A stretch of DNA of 63,770 nt, the filler included, from Octopus bimaculoides (Eukaryota), in NCBI RefSeq assembly GCF_001194135.2. It is 4 parts of 4 records of this genome, joined end to end, with 100 filler letters (N's around TTAATTAATTAA, not from the genome) between each part and the next. Parts side by side here need not be neighbours in the genome. Positions count along the whole stretch, not along the records: positions 1 to 11,160 come from NW_026420597.1; positions 11,261 to 35,851 come from NC_068995.1; 2 more parts are not named here. One strand, given 5' to 3'. A program made the position numbers and the translations under genes. Shown in pieces: positions 1 through 11,856 of the stretch. The notes beneath the pieces are model-generated. The model saw only the letters and a list, made by a program, of their open reading frames with translations, searched no databases and was not told the DNA's origin. How positions within the stretch are numbered: the first letter of the stretch is position 1; every line of letters begins with the position of its first letter.

Positions 1-320
1 TGGTGGTAGTGGTGGTGGTGGTTGTGATTCTGGTGGTAGTGGTGGTAGTATCGATAGCGGCGTTGATGGTAGTGGAGTCGGTGGCAGTGGCGTTGACAGC
101 AGTTGTGGTTGTGGTGGTAGTGTTCCTGCTATTGTTTGTAATTGTCGTAGCGGTGGTGGTAGTAATGGTGGTTGCGATATGACTATTCTGATGCTGGTGA
201 TAGTGGGAGTGCAAATAGTAGTGGTGATAGTGGCAGTTGTGACGGTGGTGGTCGCGGTGGTAGTGGTGATTGTGGTATTGGTGGCAGTATTGATGGTTGT
301 GTTGGTGTTAGTATGAGCCA
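1..320. repeat. Degenerate (GGT/GTG)n low-complexity tract
   Basis: Trinucleotide periodicity with no supported ORF. Confidence 0.8.
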
Positions 321-417
321 ATGAGGGAGAACTCTGTACGGTAAGCTTTACGTGGTAGAAATAGCAGTCAAACTACACTCTTCTGTGTTATGTACATATG
401 TATGTGATATATATATA

Positions 418-474
<57 letters not shown>

Positions 475-485
475 CTGCATATGCG

Positions 486-870
486 CAAGCGTGGTAGTGT
501 GGTAAGAAGTTTGCTTCCCGACCACATAGCTCCAGGTTCGGGCCCACTGCGTGGCACCTGAGGCTAGTGTCTTCTGCTATAGCCTCAGGCCAACTAAAGC
601 CTTGTGAATGGATTTGATAGGCAGAAACTGGAAAAATCCCATCGTATATGTATTAATGAGTGTGTGTCTGTGTTTGTCCCTCCACCATCGCATGACAACC
701 AATGTTGGTGTGTTTACATGCCCATCACGTAGCGGTTCGGCAAGAGACTCAGATAGAATAAGTAGTAAGGTTACAAAGAATAAGTCCCGGTTTCGATTCC
801 TTCGACTAAAACCCTTCAAGGCGGTGCTCCAGCATGGCCGCAACCAAATGACTGAAACAAGTAAAAGAAG
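486..870 (+). mobile_element. tRNA-derived SINE family A (internal microsatellite)
   Basis: Head gtggtagtgtggtaagaag...ggttcgggcccactgcgtggcacc; tail ccagcatggccgca...gactgaaacaagtaaaaga; many similar copies in the window. Confidence 0.85.
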
Positions 871-989
871 TAATGAATAAATAAATATCTTTCGGTATAT
901 CCTTCTATGCTGTAGTTGTCTCCCTTTGATCGCTGCAAAACCAACCAGATTTTTGTGATGTATTTCCTTCCTGGATATTGTCCTCTATG

Positions 990-1365
990 TAAGGTGGCGG
1001 AGATGGTAGAAATGTTAGCACGCCAGGCGAAATGCTTAGCGGTATTTCGTCTGAGTTCAAATTCCGTCGAGGTCAACTTTGCCTTTCATCCTTCCGGGGT
1101 CGATAAATTAAGTACCAAATGCGTAGTGGTGTCGATCTAATCGACTGGCCTCCTCCCCACAAAATTTCAGGCCTTGTACCTAGAGTAGAAAGGATTATTA
1201 TTATTATTAAAGTGGCAAGCTGACAGAAACGTTAGTATGCCAGGTGAAATGCTTGGAGGTGTTTCGTCTGTCTTTACTTTCTTAGTTCAAATTCCGCCGA
1301 GGTCGACTTTGCCTTTCATCCTTTGAGGGTCAATAAATTAAGTACCTGTGAAACACTGGGACATG
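990..1365 (+). mobile_element. Two tandem copies of tRNA-derived SINE family B
   Basis: aaggtggcg...gttagcacgccaggcgaaatgcttagcgg...gagttcaaattccg...gactttgcctttcatcc, occurring at 990-1200 and 1210-1365. Confidence 0.82.
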
Positions 1366-2287
1366 CCCTAGTCCAGTGCCCGAGTATTGCTGACCTGTGG
1401 NNNNNNNNNNNNNNNNNNNNNNNNNNNNNNNNNNNNNNNNNNNNNNNNNNNNNNNNNNNNNNNNNNNNNNNNNNNNNNNNNNNNNNNNNNNNNNNNNNNN
1501 NNNNNNNNNNNNNNNNNNNNNNNNNNNNNNNNNNNNNNNNNNNNNNNNNNNNNNNNNNNNNNNNNNNNNNNNNNNNNNNNNNNNNNNNNNNNNNNNNNNN
1601 NNNNNNNNNNNNNNNNNNNNNNNNNNNNNNNNNNNNNNNNNNNNNNNNNNNNNNNNNNNNNNNNNNNNNNNNNNNNNNNNNNNNNNNNNNNNNNNNNNNN
1701 NNNNNNNNNNNNNNNNNNNNNNNNNNNNNNNNNNNNNNNNNNNNNNNNNNNNNNNNNNNNNNNNNNNNNNNNNNNNNNNNNNNNNNNNNNNNNNNNNNNN
1801 NNNNNNNNNNNNNNNNNNNNNNNNNNNNNNNNNNNNNNNNNNNNNNNNNNNNNNNNNNNNNNNNNNNNNNNNNNNNNNNNNNNNNNNNNNNNNNNNNNNN
1901 NNNNNNNNNNNNNNNNNNNNNNNNNNNNNNNNNNNNNNNNNNNNNNNNNNNNNNNNNNNNNNNNNNNNNNNNNNNNNNNNNNNNNNNNNNNNNNNNNNNN
2001 NNNNNNNNNNNNNNNNNNNNNNNNNNNNNNNNNNNNNNNNNNNNNNNNNNNNNNNNNNNNNNNNNNNNNNNNNNNNNNNNNNNNNNNNNNNNNNNNNNNN
2101 NNNNNNNNNNNNNNNNNNNNNNNNNNNNNNNNNNNNNNNNNNNNNNNNNNNNNNNNNNNNNNNNNNNNNNNNNNNNNNNNNNNNNNNNNNNNNNNNNNNN
2201 NNNNNNNNNNNNNNNNNNNNNNNNNNNNNNNNNNNNNNNACTCATCCCCTGCCCCAAATTTCAGGCCTTGTGCCTATACTAGACAGG

Positions 2288-2343
<56 letters not shown>

Positions 2344-3187
2344 TACTTGTTTCAACTAATCGGCTTAAACGCCTGCCACCCCCTTATAATTGCCACCCTC
2401 CTTGTACTCCCAGATTTGAAATAATATTAAAGATGGCGATGTTAGTAGTTGTAATGGTCGGGTCGCGATGTAGTAAATTGTAATTAGATCGCTGCGTGGG
2501 ACGGGGATGGTATAGTACTGGATGGCAGGGAAACCAAATGCCGTTGTCCATCGGAGACGGAGTGATGCGGTTGTGAGATGATGAAGGGGAGGCGGGTGCA
2601 GCGGTGTTGGTGGTGGTGATGCTGGTGTCGGCGGCGGCGGGGATTATGTCCGTTTTACAGAGCCTGGTCTTGGTTCCATTTCGGAATTTCGTTCTCGCTG
2701 TGAAACCGGTTTCACGTGTAGTTCTTATTCATCGTTATGTTCGTCGTCGTATTGTTGTCCATCTAGTTGCTGCTGCCGCCACTACTGCTGAAGTTGTTGT
2801 TGTTGTTGTTGTGATCGGTCTGGCCATTTGTCTTTCATTTCTTTCCTTCTTTCTCCCGCGATGTGCCTGTGTGTATGTATATGTGCATATGTATAGGTCT
2901 GGATATGGGCGTACCATAAATTACATATGTATAAAAGTATACATACGTGTGTAACTATCTCGCCAATAAAATCTACACATATCGTGAAAGAAATCATGGC
3001 TCATAGCATCATGCAGAGCGAAGTATGAATTGATATGCGTACATGCATCTACGCATACATACATGTGTGTATATGTGTGTGTGTGCGTGTGTGTGTGTGT
3101 GTGTGTGTATGCGTGTGTATACATATATATATGTAAACATATTTATATGTGTATATATATGTATGCATGTATGTAGGTGCTTATATA

Positions 3188-3228
<41 letters not shown>

Positions 3229-3328
3229 CATATAAGTTTGTATTTATAAATATATATAGATGCGTATATGCATAGATAGATATCTATATAGGCACGTATT
3301 TCTTTCTCTCGCTCGCTCTCTGTTTCTG

Positions 3329-3373
<45 letters not shown>

Positions 3374-3386
3374 GTATATATATATG

Positions 3387-3422
<36 letters not shown>

Positions 3423-3953
3423 TACATACACTCACGACATAGATAAAGGTTTGGCAGAGATCAGCTTGGAAAATGCGAAGACGTGGGCAATATTCATATT
3501 CGCTTCAATCTAGTTAAGCGTGTCAATAGATCTCGATACATCCATGTGTGTGTGTGTGTGTGTGCACGCACGCACGCACAAGACGTATCCTTACATTGAG
3601 TTCTTCATATCTGTCTTCTTCCCTCGTCTGCCATCTCCACACACCCTAATCGCCGTCCTGTTAAATGGTTGATCAGTTCTTAGGAGGAAACCCCTTCGAT
3701 AACAGCCATATTAAGCCCTTATATGTATATGGGCATATATATACATATATGTATGTGTGTGTGTGTATGTGCGTGTGTGTATGTGTTTGTGTGTAAAACG
3801 CGCACATAAATGCACACATGTATATCAATATAGAAACATATCTATACGTCTTTGTGCACACATATTCTCCATATGAACTTATGCTGTGTTCTTATATATG
3901 TGTTCTTATGTATGTATGTATCTATCTATTCTATTCTATGCATGTACGTATGT

Positions 3954-3995
<42 letters not shown>

Positions 3996-3998
<3 letters not shown>

Positions 3999-4157
3999 TG
4001 CAGCTGTGACTGTGTGGTAAGCAGCTTGCTTACCAACCACATGGTTCCGGGTTCAATACTACTGCGCGGTACCTTGGGCAAGTGTCCTCCGCTATAGCCT
4101 CGTGTCGACCAAAGCTTGTGAGTGGATTTCGTTGGCGGAAACTGAAAGAAGCTTGTC

Positions 4158-4205
<48 letters not shown>

Positions 4206-4282
4206 ACATACGTTTGTGTGTCTGTGTTTGACCCACCCCCAACATCGCTTGACAACCGATGCTGGTGCGTGTACGTCCCCGT
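3996..4282 (+). mobile_element. SINE family A, 3'-truncated
   Basis: Head and internal (TA)/(TG) tract; stops at cgtccccgtaa, where the hairpin element begins. Confidence 0.85.
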
Positions 4283-4500
4283 AATCGAACTCAGAATCTT
4301 GGGGTTAGTAACCCGCGCTCTTACTCCAAGATTCTGAGTTCGATTCCAGGCAGTGACCTGAATAATAATAATAATAATAATAGTAATAACATCGAAAAAT
4401 ACCTTAGGAATGAGAACCCAGGTTCGAAATTTCCCCCAAGACACCTGATGAAGGCTGGAGGGTATATCAACCGAAACGTGTTAATATCCGTCAAATGTAA
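4283..4500 (+). mobile_element. Short element with inverted 5' duplication and hammerhead-like core
   Basis: 20-bp perfect inverted repeat (4283-4302 / 4326-4345), gagttcgattcc B-box-like motif, (TAA)n, then gacac-CTGATGA-...-GAAAC-gtgtt at 4440-4482. Confidence 0.55.
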
Positions 4501-4671
4501 ATAATATACTGAAATTAATTGTAAAAAAGAATGAATAGTTTCCCAATAACTTGACACTGAAGTACAAAGCGGTCACTTACAGTCACTTTTGGTTTGTACT
4601 TTTACTTAATTTTCACTTAATTTCTACGAATATATTTAATATGAAAGTATGAACATCGTTTCATATCTATT

Positions 4672-5036
4672 CTTTTATTCTTATGTTCTTTTACTTTGAT
4701 TCAGTCATTTAACTGCGGCCATGCACGAGCACCGTCTTTACTCGAGGAAATCGACCCCCAGGATTTATTCTTTGTAAGCCTAGTACTTATTCTATCGGAT
4801 ACTTTTGCTGAACTGCTAAGTTGCGGGGAGATAAACACCAGCATCGGTTTTCAGGCGATGTTGGGGGGGGGGGACAAACTCAAACACACACACACACACA
4901 TATATATATACGTTGGTCTTCTTTCAGTTTCCCTCCACCAAATCCACTCACAAGGCTTTGGTCATCCTGAGGCTGTAGTGGGTCTGAACCCGGGACCATG
5001 TGGTTGGTTAGCAAGCTAGTTACCACACAGCCACTC
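4672..5036 (-). mobile_element. SINE family A
   Basis: Reverse complement of head (accacacagccact) and tail (cagtcatttaactgcggcc). Confidence 0.85.
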
Positions 5037-6584
5037 TTGTCTATATGTATTTATTTTGTACGTAAATTCTTTTCAATGAATGATAAAAGACTGTATTTTT
5101 AAATCCTTTATTCACTGCATTTGCTTGTATTCAAAATAAAAATAAAAAATAAACCCCTCGAGGTCGATAGAATAGAGTAACAACCAAGCTGCGAACGGAA
5201 TGGTAACTAATAATCACAATTCATACAGATGTTTCTTATATCTTTAATTAAATGTTACAATTTTTTAATATTCCAACTGCTTTAAAACTGTCGTCTGTAC
5301 GTTTAAAATTTTCAATTAAAAATTTTCAAAGCCGATCAAAAATGATCGCTATGGTCCTCGTAGGAATTAAAATCTTTATTATGATCAAAACATACAATGA
5401 AACAATACAGGACAAACAATATACAAAAATGTTATGAGAGTTCGAATAAGACATTTAAAAAAAAATTTAAATATGATATAATTTAACAGAAATAATTTTG
5501 GCTTACTTTTGCCTTTACATGAGAACATTTTTTGTTTTTAAACCAATAGTCAAACAACACAAAAGTAACAAAAGAGGTCCTCGTAGGAAGAAATGTTGGT
5601 ACTTTTTAGGGTTAAAGAATGTATTTTATTTCCGGAAAATAAATTTAAAAACAGCTTCACTCCGCAGTTTAATTAACCGGCAGTGCTCTCGTCAAATTTG
5701 AACTTCCCTCTCTGAAAGACACCCTTCAGTTTTGATCACACGTCGTTACTGGAAGGAGTGGGTCGTCACACATTCCATATATTGATACTTTCTGTGAAAA
5801 AAAATTTCTAATTTGCTCATGTGCATGGATATATACGTGTTAGAACATGTCCCTATATACACCGGCTGGCAGACGCTATTCTTATGGATATTAAAATACC
5901 TTGATTCGAACGAATGCTACAAGTAAGTGATAATTATATATATTTATAAATATATATATATATATAAGTTCAGAAGAGTGGTACAACAACACACCGATAT
6001 TTATATACCCTTATAGGGCTAGGTTTTGCTGGAAATTAATACATTTGTATTGAAATATTTTTCATTTTTATTTATATATATATAATATGAACGATAGTTT
6101 TCCGAGCTAGTAAGTGGAGTGATAAGACAAACTATAAAAAAAAAAGATAAGAGACTGTATAAAAGAACAGTAAAATGGAACTGCGAGCTTTGGCGGGCTC
6201 GTAAGCCATTTCATCCTTCCATTGTCAATATTTAATTTCATACTCATCATTCGTTATATGTACCCCACGTTTTGTGTTGTCCGTCTTTTTAATGTCCATT
6301 CTATCTTGGGGCTTTGTGTCTAAATAAAGATAGTAATAAGTGGAGCTTATTTTAAATTATTTACATTTAATTAAACATTTTTGCAAAGCATATTTATTTA
6401 CGTATTCATGTTTACCTCTATAAGAATCTTTTACTGTTCGTTTCTCTGTCCATTTGTGTTTTATCGCTGTCTGCCATTTCTGTACTTTTGGTTAGCATTG
6501 GTGTTTTATTTCTCTTGACTTATTGCTGCTTTCTGTCCCCGCCTTCGATATTTTTCGACGAATTGTTGTGCATTTTGTAATTCC

Positions 6585-6895
6585 GGGCTCACAGTCATGA
6601 GATAGTGAGTTCAATTCCCGGGCCGGCTGTGTGTTGTGTTCTTGAGCAAGACATTTTATTTCACATTCCTCCAGTTGACTCTTCTGTAGAAATGAGTTGC
6701 GATGTCACAGGTGCCAAGCAGTGTCAGCCTTTACCTTTCCTTTGGATAACACTGGTGGCGTGGAAAAGGGAGGCCGGTACGCATGGGTGACTGCTGGCCT
6801 TCTACAAACAACTTTGCCCAGACTTGTGCCTCAGAGAGTAACTTTCTAGGTGCAATCCCATGGTCATTCATGACCAAAGGAGATATTTACACTTT
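6585..6895 (+). mobile_element. tRNA-derived SINE family E
   Basis: gagttcaattcccgggccggc B-box-like motif followed by gtgttcttgagcaagacattttatttcac. Confidence 0.65.
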
Positions 6896-7616
6896 ATCCT
6901 TTATAATTCATAGAAAGTTTAACTAATTTCATAATTATATTTTTTCTGTTGTTTTTTTTCTTTGAAATTTCAAACTGTGATGGTACATGATATTCTATCT
7001 AAATCTGCATCTAGTAAGGTCAGAATTGTCTCTGCCTTTCATGCTTCCGGTGCCGATAAAATAAGTCACATTTGAACACTAGGATCGAAAAAAAAAAAAA
7101 AGATACCAGTTGATCACTGGAGTCGGTAAATAGTTAGCAGTTGAACATTGGGGTTGATAAAGTTGTTATCAGTTAAACACCAGGGTCGATAAAATATGTA
7201 CTAGTCAAGTGCTGGAGTTTATAAAATACGTATCCGTCAAGCATTAGAGTCCACAAAATAAATACTAGATGAGCATTCAGATCGATAAAACAAGTACCAG
7301 TTGAGCACTTAGGTCGAGGTAATCGAGTAACTCCGCTCCCCGTAAAATTGTTAGCCATGCCACCAATTATGAAGCAATCATTATGAAGGTGTCCAGCTGA
7401 CACGATCAATACCGAAAGAATAAAAGGCAGTATTTGAACTTAAAGAAGAGGGGCCACTCCAGTACTCAACTGGTACTTATTTTATCGACCTCGAATGGAC
7501 GAAAGACAAAAGTGACCTCTGCAGTACTTCAACTCGGAACTTAAGGCATCAGAACGAATATTGTTAGTCTTTTTCATGTTACTTCAACGATTCTGTTAGC
7601 TTTTATTTACTAATAT

Positions 7617-8225
7617 TAAAATGTAAATGTTTACATAGAATATCATGTACCACCACGTTTTAAAATTTCAAACATGCAGACGACAGTTTTAGAACGGGAG
7701 AAAACAAGAAAAATTATAACAATTATGAAATAATTCAAGTAATTTGTCTATGAATTGTGAATTATAAGATGTATACAAATTTATAAGTACAGAAGGATAA
7801 TTTAAAAAACAAAAAATGTCTACAGTTTTCTGCGATATCATTGCCATATATAGGCGTATAGACGCGCAGACGACCGTTGAAAACACGTTGAAGTATGTGA
7901 AAAATTGTGACAATTACAGCGTAATTAATTATTAAAAATGTAAATGTTCATATACAGTGTCACCCGACAACATATTTTAAAACTTCAAACAAGCAGACGA
8001 CAATTTTAAAACGAGGAAATTCGAGAAAAAATTGTTACAATTATGTAATAATTTTAGAAATATTTGTGTGAATAATTATTCATAAGATGTTTTCTAAGAA
8101 ATGAGCGTAGGACAATATGTTTTACAGTTTTATACGATGTTATCGCCCAATATTAAGATTCTAAACATGCAGACGACAGTTTTAAAATAGTTGAAATACG
8201 AGAAATTTTGTAATAGTCATATATC
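7617..8225. repeat. Diverged tandem duplication (~310 bp x2) with four gcagacgac cores
   Basis: aaaatgtaaatgtt starts both units (7617, ~7935); gcagacgac cores at 7676, 7866, 7993 and 8169. Confidence 0.75.
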
Positions 8226-8234
8226 TTTTTTTTT

Positions 8235-8495
8235 TTTTCTTGTTTGTCATTTGACTACGGCCAAGCTAGGGTACCGCCTAGAAGGGTTAGTCAAACAAAT
8301 CGACCCCAGGATTTGACAACCGTTGTTGGTATGTTTACGTCCCCGGAAACTAGCGCTTCGATAAAAAGACTGATAAAATAAGTACGAGACCTTTGAAAAC
8401 AAAAAGACTGCGGTCGATTCAGTCGATTAAAAATTCTTCAAAGCAATGCCCCCGCATGGCCGCAGTCTAAAGACTAAAACACTTAAAACAATAAA
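8235..8495. mobile_element. Two oppositely oriented family A 3' halves
   Basis: Minus-strand tail at 8235-8310 abuts a plus-strand 3' half at 8312-8495. Confidence 0.65.
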
Positions 8496-8944
8496 AGATA
8501 AATAATGATTTATAAGTTGTATACACGACCATGAGTTACAGAAAGAGAATTCTTTTAAATATCTGACAGACGATTACCATCACCGCACATAGACATTTTG
8601 AAGCAAGCAGGCGATAGTGGTAAGCATGTTGATAATACGAAAAGATTTGTAACAAACGTGTAATGTGAATAATGGTTTCTGATTGAGACAACAAGCCAGC
8701 AATTTTAAGTGGGGGGNNNNNNNNNNNNNNNNNNNNNNNNNNNNNNNNNNNNNNNNNNNNNNNNNNNNNNNNNNNNNNNNNNNNNNNNNNNNNNNNNNNN
8801 NNNNNNNNNNNNNNNNNNNNNNNNNNNNNNNNNNNNNNNNNNNNNNNNNNNNNNNNNNNNNNNNNNNNNNNNNNNNNNNNNNNNNNNNGGGGGGGGGGGG
8901 ATTAATCGATAGCATCGGGTGGGCTTTATAATGATTTATTGTTT

Positions 8945-9318
8945 TTTTTTTTGTTGGTACTCCGTCACTTACGACGTCGAGGGTTCCAGTTGATCCGATC
9001 AACGGAACAGCCTGCTCGTGAAATTGACGTGCAAGTGGCTGAGCACTCCACAGACACATGTACCCTTAACGTAGTTCTCGGGGATATTCAGCGAGACAGT
9101 GTGACAAGGCTGACCCTTTGAAATACAGACACAACAGAAACAGGAAGTAAGAGTGAGAGGAAGTTGTGGTGGAAGAGTACTGCAGGGTTCGCCACCATCC
9201 CCTGCTGGAGTCTCGTGGAGCTTTAGGTGTTTTCGCTCAATAAACACTCACAACGCCCGGTCTGGGAATCGAAACCGCGAGTCCGCTGCCCTAACCACTG
9301 GCCCATTGCGCCTCCAAT
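8945..9318 (-). mobile_element. tRNA-derived SINE family D
   Basis: Minus-strand head ggaggcgcaatgggccagtggttagggcagcgg...ggtttcgattcccagacc has A/B-box-like motifs. Confidence 0.75.
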
Positions 9319-10269
9319 GATTTATAAGATGGGTACAAAGAAGTACAAATGAATAGAGGACAACTGAAGAAAAGAAAAACACATAATCTAAATACACATC
9401 GGTATTTTAAAAATGCAGACGACAGCTACATAATCCTGACTGCTTTTCAGATATTTCAGGATGTTTTCAACTTATTCGTGGGAGCTTTGACTGCTATTTC
9501 TAACACTCTCACCTGCACAGTTTCTCGTCACTTAGAGTTGTTCAAGATTTGTGTTATTGCATCCCTTTGCATTATATATTTTAAATATGAGATATATAAA
9601 TAAGATATGTCTTTAACAAGACATATCCCCTCTGGGGGTCGATAAGAGGGAGACCTCTATATGGTAGCTAGATCTGCTAAAAATAAGTCAGATGTCTTCA
9701 CAACCACATCCTAATATTTTATACATGTATGAGACAACGAGGGTGACCGCTACATGAGAGCAAGGCCTGGTAGAAATAACAACCAAATCTTTCTCAAATC
9801 ACGTCCTACTATCATATATATGCTGTCATATACCCCAGCCTTCCCGTTGTCTCTTGCAAGCGCTGGACTCCAAATCTCGTCCTAGCCCTTGCATTCACTC
9901 GCGAGATCTTTCGCTACCACCAGCCATTTTCTGTTTATATATTAACCCGGACTGAGAGATCAAGTTTAGACTTTCATCCGACCTCCGAGACTTAGTTTAT
10001 ATTTCACTGAACCCTGTGTCCCACTGATCCAAACAAGTGTGTCACCCTTGTTTTAACGGGATCGTCTTTACTGCGAGTATAAAGGCTAAACTCGTATCTG
10101 ATCTAAGAACATCTTAGTCTCTTCTTAACGGCGTTCTCGTATATCATGATGATGGTTTGTGTGGGCGGAAGGGTCATAGCAGCTTGTTTCCTCTTCTAAG
10201 TAAAACAAGCAAAGAAACAAACAAAAAGAAAAGCAAAACAAGACGAAGCGATTGCTGTGAAATAGTAAC

Positions 10270-10390
10270 AAAAATGGCCGACTGAACGAACGAGCAAATA
10301 AAAGCGAGCGATGAGCCTGACGTTATGCGTAACTTAAATCGCCGTCGTTCACACCTTCAACCGCATAACCGGAAGTCGCTGCCAAAAATG
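10270..10390. promoter_or_regulatory. Possible housekeeping-type promoter
   Basis: Clustered aaaatggccg (YY1-like), tgacgtta and ttatgcgtaa (bZIP-like) and accggaagt (ETS) motifs in a CpG-retaining, repeat-free segment. Confidence 0.35.
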
Positions 10391-10740
10391 TGACCGTCTA
10401 CTTTCAGAAGTGCTTAACAAATCTCAACAATAATTAATTTCTCTTTTTTTTCTCCTGGGAATTTTACCATTGATGAAGAGATCCAACGGAACCGTACCGA
10501 TTTCTCAAGACTTCTTTCGTTTCGGTCCTTCTTGTCTTTTCTACTTAGACGTCGTGTTAAGTCTGTTTAGCAATTTTTTTTTTTGTTTAAGCAGAGCAGA
10601 CGATCGACTTTCCAATTCCCATGTGTTCACACTTCTTTGCTATGTAACACCCTCGGTCTTCCATATTTCATAACTATTCATTAGCTTCTCCGCCTCCTTA
10701 TCTTTTTTCTCCTTGTTCTTATCTTTCTTTGCTTTCCTTT

Positions 10741-10927
<187 letters not shown>

Positions 10928-11160
10928 CTCGGTCTATATATTTGACTCACTTTCTCCTCCTCCTACTTACGCCTCGTTCAACCATGTCTATTCTCTCTGT
11001 CTCCCACGAGACCTTGCTCACTGGTTAAGTTCCTCTCTCTTGATATATATATCCGCAAAAACACCTCCCTCTCTCTCCCCCCACACATACAGACACACTT
11101 ATATGACTGCGTGATAAGAAGCTTGCTTCCCAGCCACATGGTTCCGAGTTCAGTCCCACT

Positions 11161-11260
11161 NNNNNNNNNNNNNNNNNNNNNNNNNNNNNNNNNNNNNNNN
11201 NNNNTTAATTAATTAANNNNNNNNNNNNNNNNNNNNNNNNNNNNNNNNNNNNNNNNNNNN
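11161..11260. other. Assembly placeholder: N44-TTAATTAATTAA-N44
   Basis: Exactly 100 nt; the same structure occurs at 35852-35951 and 54480-54579; the 12-mer is palindromic with stops in all six frames. Confidence 0.95.
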
Positions 11261-11792
11261 TGGTTGGTAAGCAAGCTCCTTACCACACAGCCTCTTCTGC
11301 ACCTGTTTATATATTTATCTACTACATGGACAAGAGTTATATTTGCTGTTATTATTTTTGTTATTTGTATTACTATGTTCTTAATTCGTTACAAGTGATA
11401 ACCCGAGAAAAGAGATTTGCGATGAGTTTGCAGAAGACTTGAAGTCGATGGAAAGGTAGAAATTTAGAGAAAAACAAATAGAGAAAGAAAAAAAAAATAA
11501 ACGTGGAAAGCAGAGTGATGAGTGTGTGAAAGAAGGAAAGGCTGAGAAAATGAAGGAATGAGTAAGGGAAAAACGAGACAAGGAGATAGAGAAAGAGTGT
11601 GAAGAAAAAGAAGCAAAAGCGATGCGGCTAGTAGAATTGTGATGGCGCCATAGCGTGAAAGAGAAATTAGCAATTTGACAGAAGGAAAATGGCGGAAATG
11701 AAGTTCCAAGTACATCATGCGCACATGTATACAAACACAGACATATACATCCGCACATTCAGTGATACATGCATACATACCTACATACATAA

Positions 11793-11856
<64 letters not shown>

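Noticed and set aside
1316-2424. Long ORFs spanning N runs (also 11464-12526, 14370-15797, 19308-20132, 21575-22391, 29761-30753)
   Set aside because: They are open only because N codons are not stops.
7617-8225. Recurring gcagacgac motif as a CRISPR-like array
   Set aside because: The core is too short, spacing is irregular (127-190 bp), the spacers are homologous to each other, and the context is eukaryotic with no cas genes.
8580-8716. KPLFTLHVCYKSF as a C2H2 zinc-finger linker
   Set aside because: Lacks the Cys pair and His pair; chance similarity.
9255-9318. tRNA gene (also other ggttcga motifs)
   Set aside because: A/B-box-like motifs belong to SINE heads; no full cloverleaf with acceptor stem.
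11161-11260. Palindromic TTAATTAATTAA seen three times (11205, 35896, 54524)
   Set aside because: Always centred in exactly 44+44 N with stops in six frames: an assembler gap marker, not biology.
11395-11700. Charged EK-rich reading on the plus strand
   Set aside because: Purine-rich low complexity with several in-frame stops and no splice signals.
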